From Bacteroidia bacterium (lineage in GTDB: Bacteria > Bacteroidota > Bacteroidia > NS11-12g > UBA955): 64,000 nucleotides of DNA. Every line of letters begins with the position of its first letter. The stretch's first letter is position 1. Below the pieces are notes generated by a model, which was not told the DNA's origin, made no database searches, and worked only from the letters and a program-made list of their open reading frames with translations. Positions 44,409-54,915 of the stretch are shown in pieces. Both the position numbers and the translations under genes were made by a program. The DNA is taken from positions 20-64,019 of the forward strand of contig JBBQBB010000010.1 in the NCBI GenBank assembly GCA_038317095.1, read 5' to 3'.

Positions 44409-47400
44409 TATTTGGCTGTGGCAATTCTAAATATCGCAATAATAGACAAAACCGCTGTCATTCTTGTTAATAGCTTTGACATGAAAATATCAAGATCGAA
44501 CGGTTTTCCCTTGGCTCCCCCTTTAACTCCAGTTTTTGAGGTTCCATCCTTTGAAGTTACTATAATTTTACTTCCAGGTTTCACCAGCGGATAAACCCTA
44601 AAGAATAAAAAGCGACGGGAAGCCACTCTGGCACCATTGGCCCTAAGAACGACAACGTTCTTTTTATCCGACGATTCTGTAAATCCGCCTGCATAATTGG
44701 AAATATAATACTTAGCTCTTTTACCAGCAGTATAAAATACCCCAAGATCTCGTTCAGAAAATTTATTCACATCACCAGTAATTGTTACCAAATTTTCGGC
44801 GTACGGCACCGAAACAAAATCCCCTTCTTTTAGAATTACATTGTACTTAGAATGTCTTCTATGTATTGCTTTTCTGCTGTTGATTACAATCTCCATGGTA
44901 TCTCCTGAACTCCTTGTTCTTTTTAATTTTATGCCACGCTTGTCTGCATCTGTTCTAAATCCACCTGCCCTAATGTATATCGAGGCCAACTTTTCATTCT
45001 CAGATTGCAAAGCATAATATCCAGGATACCTCACTGCGCCGTCTATATATATCATTTTTAAGGGCATAAAATCTGGATTTCTGCGCACAAATATTCTATC
45101 AAAAGGTTGCAAAGTATAATTTTGCAATTCTCTTTTTATGGTCAAATTATCCGCAATTTTAGAAAAAATAATTTCTGGTTTTAAAAATTTATATCTTCCA
45201 TTTTTAAAATAAAAATTACGAACAACTTCAATTGTAGTTCCTGCAGAAATATATTTTAATCCACCGGCCATGTCTATGACATTTTGCAACGTTAAACTTT
45301 CGGCATAAGCAAAATCACCTGATCTCTTAACTTCACCATATATTGAAACTAGAAATTCATTTCTTAATTCTGATAAATCGAATATTCTTATTTCATCATT
45401 TTCTTCCAATACATAGTTATCCTTGCGGAAAGGGTCATTCAATATAGAATCAACGTCAAAAGTGCGAATGGTTTTATACCCTGTCTGTAAATTTGTGTGA
45501 ACAATAAGTCCCCGTTCTCTTGAAGCCCAAAGCTCCAATCCTCCTGCCAAATCAATAAAATCTTTAACACTTGTATTCTCGGCAAAACTCATGGTTTTGG
45601 GGTCTTTAACAGGGCCCGTAATAGACATATTATAATATCTTTTATAAGGCCTTTTCGAAAATATTGTAATAATATCTCTCGGTCCTAAAAAAATATTATT
45701 CATTCCATTTGATTCAAATATTTTTTCAGGAATAAACGGAATTAATGTTCTGTAATTGTCCAAATCCGTGCGAATAATAAAGCCTTTCAAACTATCCGCG
45801 TCTAAAGCCAATCCGCCAGCCAAATTAACAATATCGCCCAGTCTCATTCCTTCCGCAAAACCAATAGTCGTTGGATTATTCACTGCTCCTTCAATTGTAA
45901 CACTATACGTATTTTTATACGCTAATCTTGAAAAAACAACTACTGCATCTCTTGGCTCTAATAAAAAATCATACCCTACATTGCCTTCAACTACTTTGCC
46001 GGGTTCAAATTCAATTATTTTTGAATCACCTTCGGTATTGCTGCGAATGATAAATCCTTTGGTTTTGTCTATATCGTCCCTAAAACCGCCAGCCAATTTT
46101 ACCAAATCTCCCATTTTCATGCCAGCAGCATAATCCATTGATGCAGGCTTATAAACACTGCCACTGATACTCACCTGATAGAACTTTTTGAATTCATCTT
46201 TTTGAAAAAATACAACTTCATCTCTCGGCATTAATTCAATATCTGAATTTCCAGTATCTGCCAGAATATTTTCTGGATTGAAGGAAATAATTGTTTTATC
46301 TTTCTCAAAATTTGTTCTAATAATATATGCTTTTTGTTTATCCGCTTCTTGCCTTAAACCACCAGCCATAAATATAAATTGCGATAGCTTTTGGCCAGAA
46401 ATATAGCTTATCGTCATAGGCTTATAAACAGGGCCTGAAATACTTACTTTGTAGAATTTTTCAAAATCCGATTTGAAAAATATATACACGCTGTCTCTAT
46501 CCGCAATTTCTATATTGTTTTTTAAGTCCTTGCCTGAAATAACTTCTGCTGGATTAAATGCATAATACGACTTTGTATTGTCGGGATTGGTTCTAACGAT
46601 ATAACCACGTTCTTTAAAAGCAGTATTTGTTAATCCATTCGCGGTTTTTAAAAGATCACTAACTTTCATGTTTTGACGCATGCGATAGGTGCCTGGCACA
46701 CTTACAGCGCCTGCGACAGATATTACATTTACAGCCTCTCGAACAATTTGTTTCAGAAAAACTGTTTCGCCGCCATTTAATTTAAAATTGCCCTTATTGC
46801 GAATTAAAGAATCTAAATTAATACTAAGAACTTCATACTTATTATTATTAACCCTCGTAATTACCACATCCTTTAAATATGTGTCAGGAAAATAGCCACC
46901 GGCAAAATTGATTAAATCAACGATGCCTTCACCCTTTTTTAATTCATAATTGCCTGGCTTTAAAATACTACCTCCAATTGTGCAGTATCTCGTCAATGGT
47001 GCAACAATTACATAATCATTGTTCTGCAAATACACATCTTGTTGATGGTATATATCTTTGAAATACTCGTATACGTCAAAAGAGTCTCTTATTTTACCAT
47101 CCCGTTTAATGTAAATATTCCTTACCGATCCAGTGTTGCTTGGGCCTCCCATTGAAACCAACGCATTAAAGGCAGAATTAGTTGCCGGCAATGTATAGGT
47201 GCCAGGATTAAAAACTTCACCCATAATGTTTATAGAAACCATTCTAGGGCGTGTTACGGTTACTGAGAAAGAACTTTCATTGCCGCCCAAACCCAATCTT
47301 GAGCCCACCATACTTCTAACCTGTTTTAGCGTTAAGCCTTTAACGAATAACTTTTGATACCCTACAAGATCTATGGACCCTGATTCTGAAACCACATAAC

Positions 47401-48055
47401 TTTTGCTCCAATAACGAGACCCCCAAACCTCCAACTGAACAACATCGCCTGTGCCTAAAATATAGCCCTCTGTTGGCACCAAATCATCTGTTTTGGAAAA
47501 GTATTTGAATTTTTTATCCCTGAAAAATTGATGGCCATAAACCACAGACTCAGGATATGTTTCCTGTCTTGCATCTTTTCTTATCTGCTCAAGATCCTTT
47601 TCTAAATAAAATTTTTCTTTCTCCAGAATCAATTTTAAATTTTCATTTTTCATGGCTAAATTAGCCTTCTCTTCGGGGCTTAAAAATCTCAAAGAATCTT
47701 TGTGTTTCAGAGCTGCTATTTCTTGTTCAAGTTTAAATTTTCTTGCCTGCAACTCTAGTTTTCGAATCTCTAACTCAGTTCTTTTGGTAGAATCATCGAT
47801 GGATGATTTATCAGTCCTTTTCAATTCATTTAATTCATATTTTTGTTTTTCTAATTCTAATTGTTGTTTTTCTAGGTTAAGCGCATCTTGGGCTGGATTA
47901 TTGGGTTGCTGAACAACTACTGCTGGCTTGACGGATGGAGAATCTGCAGTATTAGCTGGTTTCTCAGCAGAATCAGTAAAATTAGGAAAAACAAATTGTG
48001 CTTTCGCCGAAAAAGCCATTCCAGCTAGTAAAAGAAGTGTTAATGCTTTTTTCAT
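44408..48055 (-). CDS. Giant outer-membrane polysaccharide export (OPX/Wza-like) protein with about ten SLBB domains
   Basis: 1215 aa. In order: signal peptide, K/E/L-rich coiled-coil-like segment (aa ~55-165), Poly_export-like segment ([16 protein letters not shown]...), ten units of type V.I.G.V..PG.Y......L.dll..AGG, and a C-terminal hydrophobic helix ([20 protein letters not shown]). Confidence 0.8.
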   Translation of the reverse strand: MKKALTLLLLAGMAFSAKAQFVFPNFTDSAEKPANTADSPSVKPAVVVQQPNNPAQDALNLEKQQLELEKQKYELNELKRTDKSSIDDSTKRTELEIRKLELQARKFKLEQEIAALKHKDSLRFLSPEEKANLAMKNENLKLILEKEKFYLEKDLEQIRKDARQETYPESVVYGHQFFRDKKFKYFSKTDDLVPTEGYILGTGDVVQLEVWGSRYWSKSYVVSESGSIDLVGYQKLFVKGLTLKQVRSMVGSRLGLGGNESSFSVTVTRPRMVSINIMGEVFNPGTYTLPATNSAFNALVSMGGPSNTGSVRNIYIKRDGKIRDSFDVYEYFKDIYHQQDVYLQNNDYVIVAPLTRYCTIGGSILKPGNYELKKGEGIVDLINFAGGYFPDTYLKDVVITRVNNNKYEVLSINLDSLIRNKGNFKLNGGETVFLKQIVREAVNVISVAGAVSVPGTYRMRQNMKVSDLLKTANGLTNTAFKERGYIVRTNPDNTKSYYAFNPAEVISGKDLKNNIEIADRDSVYIFFKSDFEKFYKVSISGPVYKPMTISYISGQKLSQFIFMAGGLRQEADKQKAYIIRTNFEKDKTIISFNPENILADTGNSDIELMPRDEVVFFQKDEFKKFYQVSISGSVYKPASMDYAAGMKMGDLVKLAGGFRDDIDKTKGFIIRSNTEGDSKIIEFEPGKVVEGNVGYDFLLEPRDAVVVFSRLAYKNTYSVTIEGAVNNPTTIGFAEGMRLGDIVNLAGGLALDADSLKGFIIRTDLDNYRTLIPFIPEKIFESNGMNNIFLGPRDIITIFSKRPYKRYYNMSITGPVKDPKTMSFAENTSVKDFIDLAGGLELWASRERGLIVHTNLQTGYKTIRTFDVDSILNDPFRKDNYVLEENDEIRIFDLSELRNEFLVSIYGEVKRSGDFAYAESLTLQNVIDMAGGLKYISAGTTIEVVRNFYFKNGRYKFLKPEIIFSKIADNLTIKRELQNYTLQPFDRIFVRRNPDFMPLKMIYIDGAVRYPGYYALQSENEKLASIYIRAGGFRTDADKRGIKLKRTRSSGDTMEIVINSRKAIHRRHSKYNVILKEGDFVSVPYAENLVTITGDVNKFSERDLGVFYTAGKRAKYYISNYAGGFTESSDKKNVVVLRANGARVASRRFLFFRVYPLVKPGSKIIVTSKDGTSKTGVKGGAKGKPFDLDIFMSKLLTRMTAVLSIIAIFRIATAK
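44548..47239 (-). repeat. Intragenic tandem array of about ten SLBB-like domain repeats (~85-95 aa each)
   Basis: The unit starts I counted are [81 protein letters not shown] and LVTITGDVN. Most are followed by an (A/M)GG motif about 25 residues later; the third unit has ANGL in that position. Boundaries are approximate. Confidence 0.7.
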
Positions 48056-48915
48056 TGTTTGATTATACTTTTTAGATAACTACCATATCCACTTTTTTCT
48101 AATGGGGTCGCTATTTTTTCCAATTGTTCTTTGTTGATAAACCCATTTCTGTAGGCTATTTCTTCAATACAACCAATTTTTAGTCCCTGCCTTTCTTCTA
48201 TAACTTGCACAAACTGGCCAGCTTGCATTAGAGAATTAAATGTACCTGTATCCAACCACGCCGTTCCGCGGCTCATAATCCTCACATTCAATTGTCCCTT
48301 TTCTAAATATACACGGTTTACATCCGTAATTTCTAACTCCCCACGAGAGCTTGGTTCAAGAGTTGCAGCAATTTGCACTACATCGTTATTGTAAAAATAC
48401 AAACCCGGCACTGCATAGTTAGATTTTGGGGAAGTAGGTTTTTCTTCAATGGAAATTGCCTTTAAATCACTATCAAATTCAACAACACCATATCTTTCTG
48501 GGTCACTAACGTGGTACGCAAAAACAATTCCACCATCTGGATTTACACTCGACAAAAGAGTTTCTCTAAAATCTGCACCAAAGAAAATATTGTCTCCCAA
48601 AATAAGGGCCACACTGTCATTGCCTATAAAATCTGCACCTAGTATAAATGCTTGGGCCAACCCGTCTGGACTTGGCTGTTCGCAATATTCAAAGCGGCAA
48701 CCCAAATTGCTTCCATCACCCAACAACTTCTTAAAATGTGGCAAATCGTGAGGAGTGCTTATAATGAGAATTTCTCTAATTTCTGCCATCATTAGCACAG
48801 ACAGCGGATAATAGATCATGGGCTTATCGTAAACAGGCATCATTTGCTTGCTCATAGCCAATGTAAGGGGATGCAATCTTGTGCCTGATCCTCCGGCAAG
48901 TATGATTCCTTTCAT
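48052..48915 (-). CDS. rfbA: Glucose-1-phosphate thymidylyltransferase
   Basis: The N-terminus [18 protein letters not shown] and the blocks GLAQAF and LGDNIF fit RmlA/RfbA. It has an ATGA overlap with the OPX gene. Confidence 0.95.
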   Translation of the reverse strand: MKGIILAGGSGTRLHPLTLAMSKQMMPVYDKPMIYYPLSVLMMAEIREILIISTPHDLPHFKKLLGDGSNLGCRFEYCEQPSPDGLAQAFILGADFIGNDSVALILGDNIFFGADFRETLLSSVNPDGGIVFAYHVSDPERYGVVEFDSDLKAISIEEKPTSPKSNYAVPGLYFYNNDVVQIAATLEPSSRGELEITDVNRVYLEKGQLNVRIMSRGTAWLDTGTFNSLMQAGQFVQVIEERQGLKIGCIEEIAYRNGFINKEQLEKIATPLEKSGYGSYLKSIIKQ

Positions 48916-48925
48916 GAATTATTCG

Positions 48926-48933
48926 CAAAATTA
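48926..48933 (-). promoter_or_regulatory. -7 promoter box TAATTTTG upstream of rfbA (EPS operon)
   Basis: Exact TAnnTTTG match on the minus strand, 10 nt upstream of the rfbA ATG. Confidence 0.4.
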
Positions 48934-48993
48934 AAGCTAATCAGCACTTTGGCTGTCCCATGCTCCACCAATTGTAGGAATTATTGGACGTAA

Positions 48994-49935
48994 TTAATTT
49001 TTGCGTTGGTATACCCTTATCCAATCTATCTGGAAATCATTCGGCAATTTTGCATTATCTATGCAATCTAAGTACCTGTGGTCCAAAGCATTATTGAGCA
49101 CAATGAACATCTTTTCTTTATAAAATTGCTCCATCCAGCCATTCAACGTTACTGATTTTACCAATACCCCATCTGTAATGAAACTAATCTTTCCTGGTTC
49201 CCACAAGCAACTGTATATATGAAAAACTGTATCTGTATTTGCAGGCAATTGAAGTGATTTGGTGATAGAAGTTTTACTATTGTTCTCCGTTTTTCCAAAA
49301 TGCAGGGTCATGGTTTGTTCATGGATGTCATTGCCATCACATTTACCGTACATTTCAATAATATCAATTTCTGGCGGCCAGTTATATTTACCTGTTAGCC
49401 AAAATGCCGGCCAAGTTGCTGGGCCTTTTGGGTTCTTACTGCGAATGGCAAAATACCCATGTATAAAATTATGAGAATAATATGAATTTACCAAACCCGT
49501 GGCGTATGTGGATATGTATACAGAATCTTGCGAAAGTATGGGTTTAGGTGCATATCGGGTTAATAAATGCAGTGTGCCATCTTTTACGAAAATTTCAGAA
49601 TCTCCATAATATTGGTGTGGAAATTGAACGTGAAACCTTCCCCATGGCTGGCCCACTTGCCACGTATTTCTATCAAAACTATCGAAATTATCCTCGAAAA
49701 CCAACGAATACGCCTCACTCTCGAAAGGAAATGCCAAACGTGTGGTTGATTTTTCTTGATCTTTTTCGTACTTTCTTTGGGATCCGTTGTTTTTGAAATC
49801 AAAGTACCGTTTAAAAAAAATACCAAACTTGGCTCTTCCATGTCTTCTCATCGTAGTGTCGGCGCCTTGTGAGTATAGATCTAATGCACCACCCAGAACA
49901 ACCAAAAGTAAAATAAAACGAGGAAATAACTGCAT
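48994..49935 (-). CDS. Glycoside hydrolase family 16 (beta-glucanase-like), secreted
   Basis: The catalytic motif EIDIIE is in the context WPPEIDIIEMYG. The ATG at 49935 gives the signal MQLFPRFILLLVVLGGALDLYSQ. The track start 49944 is TTG. Confidence 0.8.
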   Translation of the reverse strand: MQLFPRFILLLVVLGGALDLYSQGADTTMRRHGRAKFGIFFKRYFDFKNNGSQRKYEKDQEKSTTRLAFPFESEAYSLVFEDNFDSFDRNTWQVGQPWGRFHVQFPHQYYGDSEIFVKDGTLHLLTRYAPKPILSQDSVYISTYATGLVNSYYSHNFIHGYFAIRSKNPKGPATWPAFWLTGKYNWPPEIDIIEMYGKCDGNDIHEQTMTLHFGKTENNSKTSITKSLQLPANTDTVFHIYSCLWEPGKISFITDGVLVKSVTLNGWMEQFYKEKMFIVLNNALDHRYLDCIDNAKLPNDFQIDWIRVYQRKN

Positions 49936-49941
49936 TGGGTG

Positions 49942-49949
49942 CAAAGATA
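49942..49949 (-). promoter_or_regulatory. -7 promoter box TATCTTTG upstream of the GH16 gene
   Basis: Exact TAnnTTTG match on the minus strand, 6 nt upstream of the ATG at 49935. Confidence 0.35.
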
Positions 49950-49973
49950 GTGTTGCCTTTGGCTAGCTTGTAC

Positions 49974-49981
49974 TAATTTTG
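49974..49981 (+). promoter_or_regulatory. -7 promoter box TAATTTTG upstream of era
   Basis: Exact TAnnTTTG match ending 5 nt before the only possible in-frame era start (TTG at 49987). Confidence 0.3.
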
Positions 49982-49986
49982 TAGCA

Positions 49987-50877
49987 TTGAATCCTGAATA
50001 TAAAAGTGGCTTTGTAAGTATTATAGGCATGCCCAATGCCGGAAAAAGTACGCTTTACAATACGTTGATGGGCGAAAAACTGGCTATTATTAATTCTAAG
50101 GCGCAAACTACTAGGCACCGTATTTTAGGTATAAAAACCACAGATACAGCACAGATTGTTTATTCAGACACTCCTGGCATTCTTAGAAAACTAAGTTATA
50201 AAATGCATGAACAAATGATGCAATTTGTGAATGAAAGTATGGAAGACAGCGATGTCCTAATACTACTAGTGGATGTAAATGAAAAGGAATTTTCACCTGA
50301 AATTGCCAATAAATTCAACCGATTTGAAGGGAAAAAAATAGTTGCGGTGAATAAAATAGACCAAACTACCCAAGAATGGATTGAAAAGAAAATGGATAAA
50401 TGGAAACAAGAATTTATTGCAGATGATTACGTTCCACTTTCGGCTTTAAACAATTTTAATGTGGACGTACTCGAAAAATTGGTCTTGAATTATTTGCCTG
50501 AGCATCCTCCCTACTTTAGTGGAGAAGACATAACAGATCGCAGCGAAAGATTTTTTGTAAACGAAATGATTAGGAACAATATTTTAAAGCAATACAGCGA
50601 AGAAATTCCTTATTCATCAGAAGTTGTAACGCTTTCATTTAAAGAAAATACCAAAATCATTAAAATCAGTTGCGAAATTATCACGGAAAGAGAATCTCAG
50701 AAAGGCATAATAATTGGCAATAAGGGAGCTGGAATTAAAAAACTGGGAACGGCTGCAAGGAAGGATTTGGAGGAATTTTTTCAGAAACAAGTCTTTTTAG
50801 AATTGTTTGTAAAAGTCAGGGAAAATTGGAGAAACAATCCAAATATGTTGCGACAATTTGGTTATGAGCCAGATTGA
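49987..50877 (+). CDS. era: GTPase Era
   Basis: G1 motif GMPNAGKST, G3 motif DTPG, G4 motif NKID, and a C-terminal KH domain (IIGNKGAGIKKLG). The start is TTG, because the first in-frame ATG would truncate the G1 motif. Confidence 0.92.
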   Translation: MNPEYKSGFVSIIGMPNAGKSTLYNTLMGEKLAIINSKAQTTRHRILGIKTTDTAQIVYSDTPGILRKLSYKMHEQMMQFVNESMEDSDVLILLVDVNEKEFSPEIANKFNRFEGKKIVAVNKIDQTTQEWIEKKMDKWKQEFIADDYVPLSALNNFNVDVLEKLVLNYLPEHPPYFSGEDITDRSERFFVNEMIRNNILKQYSEEIPYSSEVVTLSFKENTKIIKISCEIITERESQKGIIIGNKGAGIKKLGTAARKDLEEFFQKQVFLELFVKVRENWRNNPNMLRQFGYEPD

Positions 50878-50910
50878 ATACATTAAAATCAAACAGGGAA
50901 TTATTCTCAC

Positions 50911-50940
50911 AAAAAAAGCCGAAATTAATTCGGCTTTTTT
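50911..50940. terminator. Bidirectional rho-independent terminator between era and the Calx-beta gene
   Basis: The sequence is AAAAAAA-GCCGAA-ATTAA-TTCGGC-TTTTTT. The stem is flanked by an A-run and a T-run, so it can work on both strands. Confidence 0.8.
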
Positions 50941-50959
50941 GTTGCATTTATTTGAGCAA

Positions 50960-53900
50960 TTATCTCACAAGCAATGGTTCAGAAAACAAATTGCCCTCGT
51001 TATCTGTAACCTTTACTTGATAAATTCCTGATGCAAAATCCAATTCAATTTCAAACTTATTTGAAGCTGAACCTGTCCAAACAATGCGGCCATCCATGCC
51101 CATTATTTGCACCTTTTGCAAAATCGTTTTAGCCTGAATTATAACCATGCCTTTGGCAGGATTAGGATACATAACAATGTTGCCTAATGCAAACTTTTTA
51201 ACATTGCTAGCCTCGTCGTCTTTAATTTTTACAATTAGCAAACTATCTGCACCTAAGCTTGCAGGGCCAACAATATTTCGAAGCGCAAATACCAAAAACT
51301 TTGTGCCGTCGGAAACGACATCGTCGGAAATATTGCATTTAATTGGACTTACACTGTTGTTCTTTATCACATTAATAGTGCGTGTGGTAAAATTATAGTC
51401 TGTAGGGCTCACAGCAGTTGTGCCAGACGCTTTTACCACTATGTCAAACTTGAAATTCTCATCCAGCGGTACTACATTAAAGGCAATATTACTTATAGAA
51501 TCGGCAGTTTCATAAACTGAATCTGTGGTATGTTTAAATGTTAAAATCGGAAGGGTGGATGCAGTTATATCTGTTAAAAACCTTGGAGCCAAATAATATC
51601 TACCCGTGTATGGAGAAGTCGAATCTGCTTGTCCACCAATACCTGTTGCATCAATATAACCTGCTGGTGCAGAGGTTCCATCTATATTAGTCTCAGCATC
51701 TATTAATAATGAATCTGTCGTTCCATCGGTATGGCGCACTGGAACTATTTTGGTTGTATTGGCAGATAAAGCGCTGGATGGCCAATCAGAACTATTGACA
51801 AGTATAACTCTTGTAAATTTGGTCATTTTACTTTCGGTGGTTTCATCTACATCTGTAGAAATATTTGGGGTACGCAATGCTCTGCCACCAACAATTTTTA
51901 CTATGGTATCCAAATTTATCATGGTTACCATTCCATTAATTTGACCGACCGTACCCTGCACCATGACGCTATCACCTTGCGTTACATTGTAACCAAAGTT
52001 TTTAATGGCCGATAAAACAACTACACCAGCGGTTTTATCCATTATGGTATATTGCACACCACCACCACTGAGCATATTGCCTCCGTGCACGGTTCCAGAA
52101 ACCCGGCACTTTACATTTAACGAGTCGGCAACTTTCCCAACTTTATTCTGTTTTGAAATGGTAGTGGGGGAATAAAATGGAAAATCATCATTCAAAATGC
52201 TAATATTCAAAGAATCTGGCTTTTGAATGATTACATTGCCCAATATGCCCAATGTGAAACGCATGTTCTCAGTAGGCTCATAAAGCAAATCGTCAATAAT
52301 TGGAACCGAAACAGAAATGGTATCCGGCGTATTTTTATCAATAGTAATTGTTTGAGATGTGGGACTAAAATTAAAATCTGCACCTTGGGTAGCGGTTGAA
52401 CCTGAAGACAAGAATCGCAACACAAAATCTCCCCCTGCATCCTTTTTCGAAATTACCTTAATTTTTATTTTGATGGATCCACCTTTTTCCGAAATGGAAA
52501 GCGCGGAATTTACAAATTTGATATAAGAAGGTCCGTCATTGTCTTTAATAATTACGGTGCATATTGAATCCTTAGCCACTTTGGCAGCCCCTGATTTTAC
52601 ACGGATAGCCATTGTAAAAGTATCGTCCCAGTCTTTATTTACGTCATCAATAACAGTGCACCTAATTGTAATTGAATCAGGACCTGTTGTTTTTCCAAGT
52701 GTAAATACTGAGTCAATAAAACTCTTTCCCAATTTAAATTCTCCTGGAATAAAACTACTGTCTCCTTTGCTTTTTACAAACAACCTAATTGTGCTTGGCG
52801 CGGAAACTGCTTTGTCCATTTTCATTTTAATGCCAATAGTACCATCTGTTTCTTTGCCTATTATAACGGCGCTTGCCATTGAAACATTCCCTGTTTCATT
52901 GTCCACAATTGTTAGTGTGTGGTCTGGCTGCGAACCAATTATACAATTGGTAGGTTGGTCTAATTGAAAAATAACAGTTTCATCCGGCTCTGCAATTGCA
53001 TTGTCGACAATGGTTACTTTGGTTGTATCGTTTATTTGTCCACCCGGTAAAAAGGTAATGGTTCGTGGCTCGGTTACATCGTAATCTTCGGTTAAACCTT
53101 TGGTTGCAGTGCTGCCGCCAATTACCCTAATTCGCACAGTTTGGGAAGAACTATTGCTATATTTTCTTACTACATAAACTTCTTTTTTTCCAGAACCTTC
53201 AGTAGTTGAAGATGTTTTAGAAACAAATTCAATATAAGGCTGCACCAAAGCAGCGTCATTTTCATCCAAGGCAATAGGCGTTATTCTTCCACCCGTTGGG
53301 TTAATGGTGCTTTTGTTGGATGGCCCCCAAATGCCGTCTGCATCCGTATTTGCATAACTAAAGCTGCCTGTGTATCTCCCAAGATTCTCTATTCTTCGTA
53401 TACCGTTTGCGTTGTTATTAGGAATCACACAGCCCCAGCGTGTTGCTATTCCATCTACATTGGCACTATAATAGGAAACAGCGCCTGAAATGGTAATTTC
53501 GTCTTTTTCAATCATGGTCATAGATATAGGCCTTCCGCTTCCAGCAACATTGTCATATAGTGCAACAAAATTTTTGGAGGTGGTTGCAGATTTACCCCAA
53601 ATACCCGTGCAACTATCCGTGTTCTTTCCGGCCCCAAATGCTACCATGTGCATAGAATCCAATACATAGCCGCGAACTGAATCTGCAGCACCAATGGCAC
53701 TATACATAATAAATGGATATACATTTTTTCCAGGATTAAACCGAGAATCCGTTGTCGGAATAAAACCAAACCAGCCTTCATAAATGCCAGCTACATTCGA
53801 CCAAAAAGTGTCATGCCCACTAGCCGTGGCAAAACTTGGTGAACTCGTGGTTTTCCAATTTCCACTATCCAAAAACACGGAATTTCCTGCACCAGGATAT

Positions 53901-54133
53901 GCTGCATTGGATGTGAAATCAGTTGCAACAATGCCGCGCGTAACATATTTATAGGCTCTATTTGGTTGCAAGCCTTGCAACTGAACCCTAAATACAACGG
54001 GCAACGCATAACTTCCTCCTTTGGTTGAGGCCATAATTTGGGGAACTTTTAACCCTAGAACTCCCATAGTTACCATCTGCCCATAGGCTGAAACAGATGC
54101 TATCGTTAAAAACAACAGTAATAATTTTTTCAT
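50960..54133 (-). CDS. Large secreted multi-domain protein with Calx-beta repeats and T9SS C-terminal sorting domain
   Basis: 1057 aa with a signal peptide. Calx-beta-like blocks are present (DYDVTEPRTITFLPGGQINDTTKVTIVDNAIAEPDETVIFQL and GADFNFSPTSQTITIDKNTPDTISVSVPIIDDLLYEPTENMRFTL). The C-terminus is a T9SS CTD (MYPNPAKGMVIIQ ... GIYQVKVTDNEGNLFSEPLLVR). Confidence 0.75.
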   Translation of the reverse strand: MKKLLLLFLTIASVSAYGQMVTMGVLGLKVPQIMASTKGGSYALPVVFRVQLQGLQPNRAYKYVTRGIVATDFTSNAAYPGAGNSVFLDSGNWKTTSSPSFATASGHDTFWSNVAGIYEGWFGFIPTTDSRFNPGKNVYPFIMYSAIGAADSVRGYVLDSMHMVAFGAGKNTDSCTGIWGKSATTSKNFVALYDNVAGSGRPISMTMIEKDEITISGAVSYYSANVDGIATRWGCVIPNNNANGIRRIENLGRYTGSFSYANTDADGIWGPSNKSTINPTGGRITPIALDENDAALVQPYIEFVSKTSSTTEGSGKKEVYVVRKYSNSSSQTVRIRVIGGSTATKGLTEDYDVTEPRTITFLPGGQINDTTKVTIVDNAIAEPDETVIFQLDQPTNCIIGSQPDHTLTIVDNETGNVSMASAVIIGKETDGTIGIKMKMDKAVSAPSTIRLFVKSKGDSSFIPGEFKLGKSFIDSVFTLGKTTGPDSITIRCTVIDDVNKDWDDTFTMAIRVKSGAAKVAKDSICTVIIKDNDGPSYIKFVNSALSISEKGGSIKIKIKVISKKDAGGDFVLRFLSSGSTATQGADFNFSPTSQTITIDKNTPDTISVSVPIIDDLLYEPTENMRFTLGILGNVIIQKPDSLNISILNDDFPFYSPTTISKQNKVGKVADSLNVKCRVSGTVHGGNMLSGGGVQYTIMDKTAGVVVLSAIKNFGYNVTQGDSVMVQGTVGQINGMVTMINLDTIVKIVGGRALRTPNISTDVDETTESKMTKFTRVILVNSSDWPSSALSANTTKIVPVRHTDGTTDSLLIDAETNIDGTSAPAGYIDATGIGGQADSTSPYTGRYYLAPRFLTDITASTLPILTFKHTTDSVYETADSISNIAFNVVPLDENFKFDIVVKASGTTAVSPTDYNFTTRTINVIKNNSVSPIKCNISDDVVSDGTKFLVFALRNIVGPASLGADSLLIVKIKDDEASNVKKFALGNIVMYPNPAKGMVIIQAKTILQKVQIMGMDGRIVWTGSASNKFEIELDFASGIYQVKVTDNEGNLFSEPLLVR

Positions 54134-54149
54134 TTTAAGTCTGAATGTG

Positions 54150-54157
54150 CAAATTTA
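54150..54157 (-). promoter_or_regulatory. -7 promoter box TAAATTTG upstream of the Calx-beta gene
   Basis: Exact TAnnTTTG match on the minus strand, 16 nt upstream of the ATG at 54133. Confidence 0.4.
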
Positions 54158-54216
54158 CCAATTTACAGTTAAAAATAGACAAAAAAATACAGCCTCTATT
54201 AAAATTTTACAAGAAT

Positions 54217-54915
54217 CTAACCTGTGGCTATGGCCAAACTTAAATAAGCTAGGTCTGTAAAACCCATATTAGATAAGGCTTTCAGGCAAGCTTCAGCCGT
54301 TGCGCCTGTTGTAATTACATCATCTACCAGTACAATTGATTTACCCAGCCAAGGGTCAGGTGGCACCGCTGTGAAGGCTTCTTCTACATTTTCCCACCGA
54401 TTGATTCTTGACTTTTTGGTTTGACTTGAACCATAAATGTTACGGTATAACAATTCTGTATTAACTTGACAACCTAAAATTTCTGCCAACCCTACGGCAA
54501 AATGGTACGATTGGTTATACCCCCGTTGTTTTTGTTTTCTAGGATGCAAGGGCACCGGAATAAGAATATCTGGCTTGAAACTTGGATTCAAAGAGAGCAA
54601 ATCGGCAGCGAAATATTTACCCAAATTCTTTGCTAGGTCCTTATTCCCCTTGTATTTTACTTGGTGCATTAACTTCTGAACCATTCCATTTTCGGCAAAA
54701 TACAGGTAGCTGCTCGCAAACTTAATTTTTGCTCTACCCCAAAATATTTTTTCTGCTGGATTCTGTTTGTGGAGTAAAAATCCAGTTCTTGGCAATGCGT
54801 CTATACAATGCAAACAAATACTCTCTTCCCCATGTGTAAGCCAATTTCCGCAATTGGCGCAGACGTTGGGATAGAACAAACCACCCAAAAGCCTTATTGG
54901 TTGCAATAAATCCAT
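54217..54915 (-). CDS. ComF family protein (phosphoribosyltransferase domain)
   Basis: It has N-terminal Cys pairs (CANCGNW ... ICLHC) and the PRTase motif VLVDDVITTGAT. Confidence 0.8.
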   Translation of the reverse strand: MDLLQPIRLLGGLFYPNVCANCGNWLTHGEESICLHCIDALPRTGFLLHKQNPAEKIFWGRAKIKFASSYLYFAENGMVQKLMHQVKYKGNKDLAKNLGKYFAADLLSLNPSFKPDILIPVPLHPRKQKQRGYNQSYHFAVGLAEILGCQVNTELLYRNIYGSSQTKKSRINRWENVEEAFTAVPPDPWLGKSIVLVDDVITTGATAEACLKALSNMGFTDLAYLSLAIATG

